The notes under the pieces are model-generated. The model ran no database searches and was not told the origin of the DNA. It worked only from the letters and a program-made list of their open reading frames with translations. A stretch of 64,000 bases of DNA from Centroscyllium fabricii. Taxonomy: Eukaryota. The stretch lies in the NCBI GenBank assembly GCA_051313645.2, contig JBNRSN020000007.1:154566001-154630000 (forward strand). Direction: 5' to 3'. Shown piece after piece: positions 33,661 through 48,200 of this stretch (position 1 is its first letter; each line of letters begins with the position of its first letter). Both the position numbers and the translations under genes were made by a program.

Positions 33661-36600
33661 CAGAATGATCCCACATCTGTAGACTGACCCCACATCGGTA
33701 GAATGATCACTCATCTTTAGATTGAATCTTCACCTTTAGATTGACCCCACACCGGTAGAGTGATTCCACACCTTTAGAGGGATCCTGCACATTTAGTGTG
33801 ATTCCTCACCTGCAGAGTAATCCCACACCTGTAGTGTGATCCATCAACTGTAGAGTGGTCCCACCCCTGTAGAATGATCCCAAACCTATAGACTGATTCC
33901 ACACCTATAGAATGATTCCACACCTATAGAGTGATATCACTCCTGTAGAATGATTCCTAACCTGTAGAGTGATTCCACACCTGTAGAGTGATCCCACATA
34001 TTTAGAGTGATCCTGCATCTGTAGAGATAAACTGCACCTGGAGAGTGATCCCACACTCATTTTGTGATCCCTCACCTGTAGAATAATCCCACACCTGTAG
34101 AGTGATCGCTCAACTATAGAGTGATCCCACATATATAGAATAATCACTCACCTTTAGATTGAACCCTCACCTTTAGATTGAACCCACACCAGTAGAGTGA
34201 TTCCACCCCTGTAGAGTGATCCTGCTCATGTAATATGATTCCTCACCTGTAGAGGAATCACACACCTGTTGTGTGATTCCTTCAACTGTCGAGTGGTCCC
34301 ACATATATAGAATGATCCCACACCTGTAGAGTAATCCCACACCTGTAGAGTAATTCCTCAGCAGTAACGTGATCCCACACCTGAATAGTACTCCCCACCT
34401 GTAGAGTGATCCTTCACCTGTAGAGTGATCCCTCACCTGTAGAGTGATCCCTCACCTGCAGAGTGACTCCTCACCTTTAGAGCGATCCCACACCAGTAAA
34501 GTGCTCCCCCACCTGTACAGTGAGCCCTCACCTTTAGAGTGATCCCTCACTGTAGAGTGATCCCTCACCTGCAGAATGACTGCTCAGCTGTGGCGTGATC
34601 CCTTACTCCAGAGTAATCCCTTGCCTGTAGAATGATCTCACACCTGTAGAGAGATCCTTCACCCATAGTGATTCCACACATGTAGAGTGATCACAAACCT
34701 GCAGAGTAATCCCTCACCCGTAGAGTGATTCCACGCATGTGGAGTGATCCCTCAACTGTAAAGTGATCCCTCACCCATAGAGTGTTTCCACACCTATATA
34801 ATGATCCCTCACTTGTAGTGACCCCACTTCTCTAAATGATCCCTCACCATTATAGTGGCCCCTCACCTGCAGAGCAATCCATCACCTGTAGAGTGATCCC
34901 TCATCTGAAGAATGATCTCAACAGTAGAATAATCCCTCACCTGTATCGTGATCCTTCACCTGTAGAGTGATCCCTCACATGTAAAGAGATCCCTCACCCG
35001 TATAGTGATCCCCAAACTGTAGATTGATCGCATGCCCATAGAATGATCCTATACCTGTAGAGTGATTCCTCACAGTAGAGCGACCCCACAACTGTAGAGT
35101 AATCACTCACCTGTACAGTGATTCCGCACCTGTAGAGTAATCCCTAACCTTTAGAAGGATTCCAAACTTGTAGATTGATCCCTCACCTGTAGGGTGATCC
35201 CACAACTGTTGAGTGATCCCACACAGATAGAATGATCCCACACCTGTAGAGTGATAACTCACATGTAGTGTATTCCCCCAACTGCAGAATGATCCCTAAC
35301 CTGCAGAGTGATTCCACACCTGTAGAAGGACCCTTAACCTGTAGAGTGATCCTACATATGTAGAGTGATCCCACACCTGTTGAATGATCCCACACCTGTA
35401 GCGTGATCACTCACATGTAGAGTGTTCCCTCACATGTAGAGTTTTCCCATACCTGTATAATGATCCCTCACATGTAGAGTGACCCCTCTTCTTTAAATGA
35501 ACCCTCAGCAGTACAGTGACTCCTCACCTGTAGAGCAAATCTCACCTATAGAATGATCCCTCACCTGAAGAGTGATACAACACCTGTAGATTGATCCCTC
35601 AACTGTAGAATGATCCCTCACATGCAGAACGATTCCACACCTGTAAAGTGATTCCACACCTGTAGAGTTGCCCCACACTTGTAGAGTGATCCCACAGCTG
35701 TAGAGTGATTCCAGTCCTGTAGAAAGTTCCCACACCAGCAGTGTGATCACTCACTTGTAGAGTGATCCCTCACTGTGGAGTTATCCCACACCAGCTGTGT
35801 GAACACTCAACTGTAGAGTGAGCCCACACACATAGAATAATCCCACACCTGTACAGTGATCATCACCAGTAGAACAATCGCACACATACAGAATGATCCC
35901 ATACTTGTAGAGTTTTCCACCATCTCTAGAGTGATCCATCACATGTAGAGTGATCCCACACCAGTAGAGTGATCCCTCACCTGTAGTGTGACTCCACATA
36001 TATGAAATGATCCCACTCATGTAGAGTGCTCTCCCACCTGTGGAGTGATCCCTCACCTATAGAGTTATTCATCACCTGTAGAGTGATCCCACACATATAG
36101 AATGATCACACACCTGTACAGAGATCCCACATCTTTAGAATTATTCCACACCTGTTGAATTATCACACACCTGTAGAGTGATCCCACAACTGTAGAGTTA
36201 ATGCTCACTTCCAGAATGATCCCTCACCTGTAGAGTGTTTCCTTACCTATAGAGTGATCCCACATCTGGAAAGTGAAACCTCACTGTAGAGTGATCCCTC
36301 AACTGAAGAGTGAACTCACACCTGTAGAGAGATGCCACACCTGAAGAGTGATCCCTCACCAGTAGAGTGATCCCTCATCTGTGAAGTAACCCCACACCTA
36401 TAGCATGAGCCCACACTTGTACAGTGATCTCTCTTCTGTAGAGAGATTCCAGACCTGTAGAATGATCACACACCTGTAGAGAGATCCATCAACCGTAGAA
36501 TGACTGCATGCCTGTAGAGAGATTCTGCACCTGTATGGTGATCCCTCAACTGTAGTGAAATCCCACACCTGTAGAGTGATGCCTCAGCTGTAATAATCCC

Positions 36601-37568
36601 ACACCTGTAAAGGGATCCCACACCTGTAGAGTTATCCCTTATCTGTAGAGAGATCACACACCTGTAGAGTGATCACACATTTGTAGAGTGATCACTCAAC
36701 TGTATAGTGATCCCACACCTGTTGATAGATCCCTCACCTGCAGAGTGATCCCTCACCTGAAGAGTGATCCTAGACCTGTAGAGTGATCCCTCACCTGTAG
36801 AGAGAACCCTCATCTGTAGGTTGATCCCTCAACTGTAGAGTGATCCCAAACATGTAGAGCAAACCTATACCCGAAGAGTGATTCACCACCTGTAGAACGA
36901 TCCTACACCTGTAGAGTGATCCCTCAGCTGTAGTGATCCCACACCTGTAGAGGAATCACACAACTGTAGAGTGATCCCTCAACTGAAGAGTGATCACACA
37001 CCTGTAGAGTGATCCCTCAGCTTAACTGATCCCTCACCTGTAGAGTGATTGCTCATCTGTGAAGTGATCCCACACCTGTAGCATGAGCCCACACTTGTAC
37101 AGTGATCCCTCTTCTGTAGAGATACCACACCTGTAGAGAGATCACACACCTGTAGAGTGATCCCTCAGCTGTAGTGATCCCTTACCTGTAGAGTGATCGC
37201 TCAGCTGTAGTGATCTGACACCTGTAAATGGATCCAACGCCTGTAGAGTGATCCCTCATCTATAGAGAGATCACACACCTGTAGAGTGATCCCTCAACTG
37301 TAGAGTGATCCCTCAACTGTAGTGTGATCGCTCAACTGTAGAGTGATCCCTCAGCTGTAGTGATCCCTCGACTATAGTGATACCTCAGCTGTAGAGTGAT
37401 CCCACACCTGTAGAGAGATTCCTCACCTGTGGAGTGATCCCTCACCTGTAGAGAGAACTCTCATCTGTAGGTTGATCCCTCATCTGTAGAGAGATCACAC
37501 CCCTGTAGAGTGATCCCTCAGCTGTAGTGATCCCACACCTGTAGAGGGATCCCACACCTGTACAGTGA

Positions 37569-37763
37569 TTCAATTCAATTCAATTCAAGTTTTATTGTCA
37601 TTGCAGAGTACTAGTACAATACAACAAGACGAAGACTCGACTCTCCCGAGAGTAGTGCAAATAAATTACATGCAAATTGCATACAGTAACGTACATTATC
37701 AGGCGTGCAGGTACCGGAGTTTATTTTTAGAGTTCAGGAGGCTGACAGCCCTGGGGAAGAAGC
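37569..37763 (-). mobile_element. LINE 3' fragment with (GAATT)n tail (Rex1-like)
   Basis: Minus strand ends CAATGACAATAAAACTTGAATTGAATTGAA. Near-identical inverted copy at 53313-53472. Confidence 0.75.
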
Positions 37764-39552
37764 TCATCTGTAGAGAGATCACACACCTGTAGAGTGATCC
37801 ATCAGCTGTAGTGATCCCTCACCTGTAGAGTGATCCCTCAGCTGTAGTGATCCCACACCTGTAGAGGGATCCCACGCCTGTAGAGTGATGCCTCATCTGT
37901 AGAGAGAGCACAAACCTGTAGAGCGATCGCACATTTGTAGAGTGATCCCTCAACTGTAGAGTGAAGCAACACCTGTAGAATGATTCCAGAACTATAGTGT
38001 GATGCCTCACTTGTAGTGTTGATCCCTCCACTGTATTGCAATCTCACACCTGTAGAGTGAACCCTCACCTGTAGAATGACCCCTCACCTGTAGAATGATC
38101 CCAGAAGTGCAGACGGATCCCTCACCTGTAGGATGATCCATCACCTGTAGAGTGAACCCACACCTTTAGAGTGATACCACACCTGTAAAGTCATCCCTCA
38201 CCTGCAGGGTAATCCCTCACCTGTAGAGTGATCCCACACATGTAGAGGGATCCCTCATCTGTAGAGTGATCCCACACCTCTAGAGTGATCACACACATGT
38301 AGGATGTTCCTGCATCAGTAGAGAGATCCCACAACTGTAGTGTGATCCCTCAACTGCAGAGTGATCCCTCACCTGTAGAGTGATCCTAGACATGTAGAGT
38401 GATCCCTCACCTGTAGAGAGAACCCTCATCTGTAGGTTGATCACTCATTTGTAGAGTGATCCCAAACCTGTAGAGTAAACCTATACCTGAACAGTGATTC
38501 ACCACCTGTAGAGGGATCCCACACCTGAAGAGTAATCCCACACCTGTAGGGTGATCCCTCACCTGGTGAATGATCCCTCAGCTGTAGAGTGATATCTCCC
38601 CTGTAGGCTGATCCCACAACTGTAGAGTGATCCCACACCGGTAGAATGACCCCATACCTGTAGAGTGAACACTCATCTGTAGAGTGATCCCTCACCTGTT
38701 GCATGATCCCTCATCTGTAGATTGATTCCTCACCTGTAGATGGTTACCTCACCTGTACTGTGATCCCACACCTGTAGACTGATCCCAGAAATGTAGAGTG
38801 ACCCCAGAACTGCAGACTGATCCTGGAAGTGTAGAGTGATCCCTCGTCTGTAGAGTGATCCCACACCTGTAGAAAGATCTCTCACCTGTAGTGTGATCCC
38901 TCAAATGTAGAGTGAACCCTAACATGTAGGCTGATCCCTCACATGTAGAGTGATACCGCACCTGTAGAGTGATCCCACACTTTTTGAGTGATCCCACATC
39001 TGTAGAGTGACCCCTCATCTGTAGGTTGATCACTCATCTGTAGAGTGATCATGCACCTGCAGCGTGATGCCTCACCTGTAGAGTGATTTCTGACCTGTAG
39101 AGTGATCCCACACTGGGAGAGTGATCCCTCACCTGTAGAGTGATCCCACACTGGTAGAGTGATCTCTCAACTGTAGGTTGAGCCCTCATCTGTAGAGTGA
39201 TCCCACACCTGTAAAGTGCTCCTATACTTGTAGAGTGATCCATAACCTGTAGAATGATCCCACACCTGCAGAGTGATTCCACTCCTGTAGAGTGATCCCT
39301 CACCTGCTGAGTGATCCCTCACCTGTAGAGTGATCTCTCCCCTGTAGGCTGATCCCACAACTGTAGAGTGATCCCACACCTGTAGAATGACCACACACCT
39401 GTAGAGTGAACCCTCACCTGTTGCGTGATCCCTCACCTGTAGATTGATTCCTCACCTGTAGATTGATCCCTCACCTGTACTGTGATCCCACACCTGTAGA
39501 CTGATCCTGGAACTGTAGTGTGATCCCTCATCTGTAGAGTGATCCCACACCT

Positions 39553-41016
39553 TAAGGTAGTAATGGAAAAGGACAAAGATGGACCAGAAATAAAGATTCT
39601 AAATTGGGGCAAGGCCGATTTTAATATGATAAGGCAGGAGCTGGCCCAAGTGAACTGGGACCAGCTACTCGAAGGAAAGTCCACATAAGAACAGTGGGAG
39701 GCATTTAGAAAGGAAATTGAGAAAGTACAAGGGAAACATGTTCCCCTAAATGTCAAAGGTGGGACCAATAAGTCCAGGGAACCTTGGATGTCAAGGGATA
39801 TACGTGAATTGATTCAGTAAAAAAGGGGGGCTTTCAGCAGACACAAAGAACTAAAGACAGAGGAGGCTCTAGAGGAGTATAGAAGGTGCAGGGGGTTACT
39901 TAAAAAAGAAATTAGGAGAGCAAGGAGGGGCCATGAGATAACCCTGGCAGGCAGAATAAAAGAAAATCCTAAGATGTTTTATAAGTATATTAAGGGCAAA
40001 AGGATAACGAGGGAAAGGGTGGGACCCATTAGGAACCAAAGTGGGAATCTGTGTGTAGAGCCAGAGGATGTGGGTGGGGTTTTGAATGAATTTTTTGCAT
40101 CTGTGCTCACTGTGGAGAAGGGCAATGTGGACATAGAAATAAGACAGGAGGAATGCGATACACCTGGTCATATTATTGACAGGGAGGAGGTACTAATGGT
40201 TTTAGCAGGCTTAAAAGTGGATAAGTCTCCAGGCCCTGACGAGATGTATCCCAGGCTGCTGGGTGAGGTTAAGGAAGAGATTGCAAGGGCTCTGACACAA
40301 CTTTTCAGAACCTCTCTGGCCACAGGGGATGTGCCGGACGACTGGAGAATGGCCAATGTAGTGCCATTATTCAAGAAAGGTAGTAGGGATAAACCAGGGA
40401 ATTACATGCTGGTGAGCCTGACATCAGTGGTGGGGAAATTACTAGAAAAAATCCTGGGGGACAGAATCAGTCTCCACTTGTAGAGGCAAAGATTAATTAA
40501 GGATAGTCAGCATGGCTTCGTCAAGGGAAGATCATGTCTGACTAATTTGATTGCATTTTTTGAGGGGGTGACCAGGTGTGTGGATGAGGGAATTGCAGTG
40601 GATGTGGTATACATGGATTTTAGTAAGGCTTTTGATAAGGTCCCACATAGGAGACTGGTCAAGAAGGTAAGAGCCCATGGGATCCAGGGCACCTTGGCAC
40701 AGTGGATCCAAAAATGGCTTAGTGACAGGAGGCAGAGGGTGATGGTCGAAAGTTGTTTTTGTGACTGGAAGCCTGTCTCCAGTGGGGTGTTTGGAGGGTG
40801 GTTGGAGTCTGGAACTCACTGCCTGAGAGAATGGTAGAGGCAGGAACCCTCACAACATTCAAGAAGCATTTGGATGAGCACTTGAAATGACACAGCATAC
40901 AAGGCTATGGACCAAATGCAGGAAAATGGGAGTAGTATAGACTGGGATTGATGGGCGGCATGGATGCGATGGGCCGAAGGGCCTCTTTCTATGCTGTATT
41001 ACTCTATGACTCTATG
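39553..41016 (+). mobile_element. CR1 fragment, (CTATGACT)n-tailed subfamily, with internal deletion at ~40790
   Basis: ORF pieces 39974-40483 and 40547-40837 ([15 protein letters not shown]). Jumps from the SGV(PQG) motif to the C-terminal WNSLP region. Possible TSD ACCT. Confidence 0.88.
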
Positions 41017-42036
41017 ACCTGTAGAAAGATCTCTCACCTGTTGTGTGATCCCTCAAATGTAGAGTGAACCCTCACATGTAGGCTGATCCCTCACTTGTAG
41101 AGTGATACCACACCTGTAGAATGATCCCACACTTTTAGAGTGATCCGACATCTGTAGAGTGACCCCTCACCTGTAGGTTGATCACTCATCTGTAGAGTGA
41201 TCACGCACCTGCAGCGTGATGTCTCACCTGTAGAGTGATTCCAGACCTGTAGAGTGATCCCACACCTGTAGAGTGATCCCACACCTCTACAATAACCCCA
41301 CACCTGTAGAGTGAACCCTCATCTATAGAGTGATCCCTCACCTGTAGCACGACCCCTTCAGCTGTAGATTGATTCCTCACCTGTAGATTGATCCATCACC
41401 TGTACTGTGATTCCACACCTGCAGACTGATCCCGGAACTGTGGAATGATCCCAGAACTGTAAACTGATCCCACACCATAGACTGATCCTGGAACTGTACT
41501 GTGATCCCTCATCTGTAGAGTGATCCCACACCTGTAGACTGATCCTGGAACTGTAGTGTGATCCCTCATCTGTAGAGCGAACCCACACCTGTAGAAAGAT
41601 CTCTCACCTGTACAGTGATTCCTCACCTGTAGATTGATCCCAGAAGTGTAGACTGATCCCTCACCTGTAGGGTGGTCCCTCATCTGTAGAGTGATCCCTC
41701 ATCTGTAGAGTGATCCCTCATCTGTAGAGTGATCCCTCCATGGTAGAGTGATACCCCACCTGCAGGGTGACCCATCAACTGTAGAGAGATCCCACACTAG
41801 TAGAATGATCCCTCACTTGTAGGGTGATTCCACATCTGTAGTTTGATGTCAACCCTGTAGAGTGATCGCTCACCTGTAGAGTGATCCAACACCTGTAGAG
41901 TCATCCCACACCTGTAGAGTGATCCCAGAACTGTAGAGTGCTCCCAGAACTGTAGACTGATCGCTCACCTGTAGACTGATCCTGGAACTGTAGTGTGATC
42001 CCTCATCTGTAGAGCGAACCCACACTTGTAGAAAGA

Positions 42037-43492
42037 GCTATCCTCAGGGATAGTCCCTAAGGACTGGAGAGAGGCAAATGTGGCTCCCATATTTAAAAAG
42101 GGGAGCAGGGACGCGCCAGGGAACTACAGACCAGTCAGCCTCACCTCAGTGGTTGGAAAGGTGATGGAAAGGGCCCTGAAGGACAGGATCTACGACCATC
42201 TAGAAAGGGGCGAATTAATCAGAAGCAGTCAGCACAGATTCGTTAAAGGCAAATCGTGCCTGACCAACCTGATAGAATTCTTTGAAGAGGTGACCAAGAG
42301 TGTGGTCGAGGGAAAGGCGGTTGATGTCATATATATGGACTTCAGCAAGGCGTTCGACAAGGTCCCGCACGGTCGGCTCATGAGGAAAGTAAGGAGTTGC
42401 GGGGTAAGCAACAAAGTGGTGGGATGGATTGAGAACTGGCTGGCTCAAAGGAAGCAGAGGGTAGTGGTAGAAGGCCAATACTCGGGCTGGAGACCGGTCA
42501 CCAGTGGGGTACCACAGGGGTCGGTGTTGGGGCCACTACTGTTTGTAATCTTCATCAATGACTTGGAGGAGGGGACTGAGGGGTGGGTCAGCAAATTTGC
42601 GGATGACACAAAGATTGGGGGAGAAGTGGATGAGGAGGAAGGAAGTAGAAAGATTCAGAGGGATATAGACAGGATGCAGAGCTGGGCTGAAGAATGGCAA
42701 ATGGAGTTCAACACGGGGAAATGTGAGGTGATGCACTCGGCAGGGCAAATAGGAAGAGGGAATATAGGGTCAACGGCAGGATCCTGAGTGAAGCAGAGGA
42801 GCAAAGGGATCTGGGAGTATATGTACACAGATCACTGAAGGCTGCCACCCAGGTGGACAAAGCAGTAAAAAAGGCCTATGGTGTATTGGCCTTCATCAAC
42901 AGAGGAATAGAGTTTAAGAACCGGGAGGTCATGCTGCAACTGTACAGGTCACTGGTGAGACCACACGTGGAGTACTGTGTGCAGTTCTGGGCACCGTACT
43001 ACAGGAGGGATGTGGAGGCGCTGGAGAGAGTGCAGAGGAGATTCACCAGGATGCTGCCGGGAATGGGGGGAAAGTCATACGAGGAACGGTTAAGGGAACT
43101 GGGACTCTTCTCCCTGGAACGGAGAAGGAAGAGGGGACACTTGATAGAGATGTTTAAAATGATGAAGGGGATCGATAGAGTAAACGTGCAAAGACTGTTT
43201 CCCCGGGCGGGAAGAACGTCAACAAGAGGACACGAGCACAAGATTCAAGGAGGAAGATTCAGAAGGGATGGAAGGGGCAAGTTCTTTACACAGAGAGTGG
43301 TCGGGGAATGGAATAGGCTACCATCTGAAATAGTGGATGCGGACAGTCTGGGTGCTTTTAAAAGGATGATAGACAGGTACATGGAGGGGAAGGAACAGTA
43401 GGGGGGACAGGAAAAATCAGAGACGGACTAAGGGCGGCACTACATTGAGGGCCCAAGGGCCTGTACAGTGCTGTATGTTCTATGTTCTATGT
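42037..43492 (+). mobile_element. CR1 3' fragment, third subfamily, one frameshift
   Basis: ORFs 42080-42787 ([15 protein letters not shown]) and 42853-43401. (CTATGTT)n tail. Confidence 0.9.
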
Positions 43493-44990
43493 CTCACCTG
43501 TAGTGTGATCCCTCAAATGTAGAGTGAATCCTCACATGTAGGCTGATCCCTCACTTTTAGAGTGAAACCACACCTGTAGAGTGATCCCATACTTTTAGAG
43601 TGATCCAACATCTGTAGAGTGACCCCTCACCTGTAGGTTGGTCACTCATCTATAGAGTGTTCCCACACCTGTAGAGTGACCCTTCACTTGTAATTTGATC
43701 CCTGATCTGTGTAGTGATCCCACACTTTTAGAGTGATCCCACATCTGTAGAGTAACCCCTCATCTGTAGTTTGCTCACTCATCTGTAGAGTGATCACGCA
43801 CCTGCAGCGTGATGCCTCACCTGTAGAGTGATTCCAGACCTTTAGAGTGATCCCACACTGGTAGAGTGATTCCTCACCTGTAGGGTGATCCCACACCTGT
43901 ATAGTGCTCCTATACCTGTAGAGTGATCCATCACCTGTAGAATGATCCCACACTTGTAGTGATCCCACACCTGTAGAGTGAGCCGTCCCCTGTTGAGTGA
44001 TCCCTCATCTGTAGAGTGATCCCTCGCCTGTAGCGTAATGCCTCACCTGTAGAGTGATCCCTCACCTGTACTGTGATCCCCCATCTGTAGACTGATCCCA
44101 GAACTGTAGTGTGATCCCACAGCTGTAGACTGATCCCAGAACTGTAGAGTGATCCCTCATCTTTAGGGTGATCCTACACTTGTAGAGTGATCTCTCACCT
44201 GTAGAGTGATCCCACACCTGTAGTGTGATCCCTCAAATGCAGTGAGATACCACATCTGTAGAGTGATCGCTCCACTGTAAAGTGAATCCTCACATGTAAG
44301 CTCTTCCCTCATCTGTAGAGTGTTCCCTCACCTGTAGCGGGATCCCTCACTTGTAGTGTGATCCCACACCTGTAGCGTGACTCTTCAACTGTAGGTTGAT
44401 CACTCACCTGTAGAGTGATCCTATACCTGTCGAGTGATCCTATACCTGTCGAGTGATCCATCAGCTGTAGAGTGATCCACCACCTGTAGAGTGATCCATC
44501 ACCTGTAGAGTGATCCATCACCTGTAGAGTGATCCATCACCTGTAGAGTGATCCCACACCTATAGAGTGATCCCACACCTGTAGATTGATCCCACACTTG
44601 CAGAGTGATCCCACACTTGCAGAGTGATCCCTCCCCTGTTGAGTAATCCCTCACCTGTAGAGTGACCTCTCCCCTGCCGGCTGATACCACACATGTAGCA
44701 CAATCCCACAACTGTAGAGTGATCCCATGCCTGAATAATGATACCACGCCTGTTGAGCGATCCCTCACCTGTAGAGTAATCCCTCACCTTTAGAGTGATC
44801 CTACACTTGTAGAATGAGCTCAAGGACTGTAGAGTGTTCCCTTATCTCTAGGGTGATCGCTCATCTGTAGAGTGATCCCAAAAATGTAGCTTGATCCCAC
44901 ACCTGTAGAGTGATCCGTCACCTGTAGAGTGATCCAACACCTGTTGAGAGATGCATCACCTGTATCTCAACTGTAGTGAGATCCCACACC

Positions 44991-45218
44991 TGTGGTAATA
45001 CAGAACAGCTTCTAGCTTGGAGTTTTTGCTTACATCACTTCTGGGGACCTATGAACTTTGTATGATGTCACTTCCTGTAATTAGCCCAGTATAAATACTG
45101 GGCTACTCAGTATGATTTAGTAAGAGGCATGGTGCAGACCTCTTTTGTATGTATCACAGTTATAAGTTGATTAAAGCTTACCTTAAGTTCATATCGTGTA
45201 AGTTTCATTCTTACAACA
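44991..45218 (+). mobile_element. Solo LTR (228 bp), different family
   Basis: TGTGGTAA...TTACAACA termini, TSD ACACC (44986-44990, 45219-45223), TATAAAT at 45090, ATTAAA at ~45170. Confidence 0.85.
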
Positions 45219-48200
45219 ACACCTGTAGAGTGATCACTCAACTGTAGAGTGATCCCTCACCTGTGGACTGATCCCACACCTGTAGAATGATCTCAGAACC
45301 TTTGAGTGACCCCTCACCTGTGGAGTGATCCCTCATCTGTAGAGAGATCACACACCTGTAGAGCAATCACACACCTGTCGAGTGGTCCCTCAACTATAGA
45401 GTGATACCAAACCAATAGATAGATCCTTTACCTGTAGTCTTATCCCTCAACTGTAGTGAAATCCCACACCTGTAGAGTGATCCCTCACCTGTACAGTGAT
45501 CCCTCACCTATAGAATGATCCCAGAAGTGTAGACTGATCCCTCACCTGTAGGGTGATCCCTCATCTGTAGAGTGATCCCTCAGCTGTAGAGTGATCCCTC
45601 ATCTGTAGAGTGATCCCTCATCTGTAGAGTGAGCGCTCATCTGTAGAGTGATCACTCTGCAGTAGAGTGATCCCCCACCTGTAGTGTGATCCATCACCTG
45701 TAGGGTGATTCCACATCTGTAGTTTGATCTCAACCCTGTAGAGTGATCCAGCACCTGTACAGTGATCCAACACTTGTAGAGAGATCCCTCACCTGTAGGG
45801 GGATCACTCAACTGTAGTGATATACCACATCTGTAGAGTGATCCCTCCACTGTACAGTGATCCCACACCTGTAGACTGATCCCACACCTGTAGAATGATC
45901 CCAGAACTGTTGTGATCCCTCACCTGTTGAGTGATTCCTCACCTGTAGAGTGATTCCTCACCTGTAGAGTGATTCCTCACCTGTAGATGATCCCTGACCT
46001 GTAGTGATCCCTCACCTGTAGAATAATCCCTCATCTGTAGTGTGACCCCTCGCCTATAGAGAAATCCCAAAACTTTAGAGTGATCCCCCATCTGTAGAGT
46101 GAGTCCTCACCTGTAGGGCGATCCCTAGTCCATAGAGTGATCCCACACCTGTAGAGGGATTCCACACCTGTATATTGATCCCTAATCTGTAGAGAGCTCC
46201 CACACCTGTAGAGTGATCCCACACATGCAGGGTGATCACTAATCTGTAGAGAGATCCCACAACTGTGGAGTAATCCCACACCTGTAGTGTGAACATGCAC
46301 ATGTAGTGTGATCCCACACCAGCAGAGTGATCCCACACCAGCAGAGTGATCCCACACCAGTGGAGTGCTCCCTCACCTGTAGGTTGATCCCTCATCTGTA
46401 GAGTGAACCCACACCTGTAGAGTGATCCGAAAAAATGTAGAGTGATCCACCACCTGTAGAATTATCCCTCAACTGTAGAGTGATCCCACAACTTAGTGTG
46501 ATCCCTCACCTGTTGAGAGATCCCTCCAGTGTAGAGTGATCCCTCCACTGTGGGCTGATCCAACACCAGTTGAGTGATCCAGCAACTGTAGGATGATCCC
46601 ACGCCTGCAGAATGATTCCATGCCTGCAGATTGATCCCTCATCTGTAGAGTGTACCATCACCTTTAGTGTGATCCCTTACATGTAGAGTGATCCCAGAAC
46701 TGTTGAATGATCCCACACCTGTAGAGAGATCCCTCATCTGTAGTGTGACCCCTCACCTATAGCGTTATCCCAACATTTTAGAGTGATCCCACACCTGTAG
46801 AGTGAGTCCTCACCTGTAGAGTGATCCCTGACCTGTAGTGATCCCTCACCTGTAGAGTGATCCCTCGCCTGTAGAGTGATCCCTCACCTGTAGAGTGATT
46901 CCTCACCTGTAGAGTGATCCCTCACCTGTAGAATGATCCCAGAACTGTTGAGTGATCCCTCACCTGTAGTTGATCCCTGACATGTAGTGATTCCTCACCT
47001 GTAGAATAATCCCTCATCTGTAGTATGACCCCTCACCTATAGAGAAATTGCAAAACATTAGAGTGATCCCCCATCTGTAGAGTGAGTCCTCACCTGTAGG
47101 GCGATCCCTGATCCGTAGAGTGATCCCACAGCTGCAGAGGGATTCCACACCTGCATATTAATCCCTAATCTGTAGAGAGCTCCCACACCTGTAGAGTGAT
47201 CCCACACATACAGGGTGATCACTAATCTGTAGAGAGATCCCACAACTGTGGAGTAATCCCGAACCTGTAGTGTGAACATGCACATGTAGTGTGATCCCAC
47301 ACCAGCAGGGTGATCCCACACCAGCAGAGTGATCCCACACCAGTAGAGTGCTCCCTCACCTGTAGGTTGATCCCTCATCTGTAGAGTGAACCCACACCTG
47401 TAGAGTGATCCGATATCTGTAGAGTGATCCACCACCTGTAGAATTATCCCTCACCTGTAGAGTGATCCCACAACTTTAGTGTGAGTCCTCACCTGTAGGG
47501 CGATCCCTGATTAGTAGAGTGATCCCACACCTGTAGAGGGATTACACACCTGCATGTTGATCTCTCATCTGTAGAGAGATCCCACACAGGTAGAGTGATT
47601 CCACACATGCAGGGTGATCACTCATCTGTAGAGAGGTCCCACAACTGTGGAGTGAACACTCACCTGTAGGATGCTCCCTCACCTGTAGAGTAATATCACA
47701 CTTGTAGCATGATACCTCACCTGTAGGATGATCCCACACCTATGGAGTGATCACACGCCTGTACAGTGACTGATCCCAAACCTGTAGAATGATCCCTCGC
47801 CTTTAGAGTGATCCCTCAACTGTAAAGTGAAACCTCGCCTGTAGTGCACCCTCGCCTATAGAGTGATCCCTCATCTGTAGTGTGATCAGAAACCCATAAT
47901 GTGATCACTCACCTGTAGAGAGATCCCACAACTGTAGAGTGATCACACACCTGTAGAGAGATCCCACACCCATAGATTGATACCACACCTGCAGAGGGAT
48001 CCCTCACCTGTACCAGAACCCAAAGCTCTTGAGAGATTCCACACCTGTACAGAGACCTCTCTCATTAAGTGTGATCCCTCACCTGTAGAATGATCCCACA
48101 CTTGTAGAGTAATCCCTCGCCTGTAGAGTGATGCTTCACCTTTAGGGTAATCCCACACTTGCAGAGGTGACCGTCACATGTAGAGTGATCCCACAACTGT

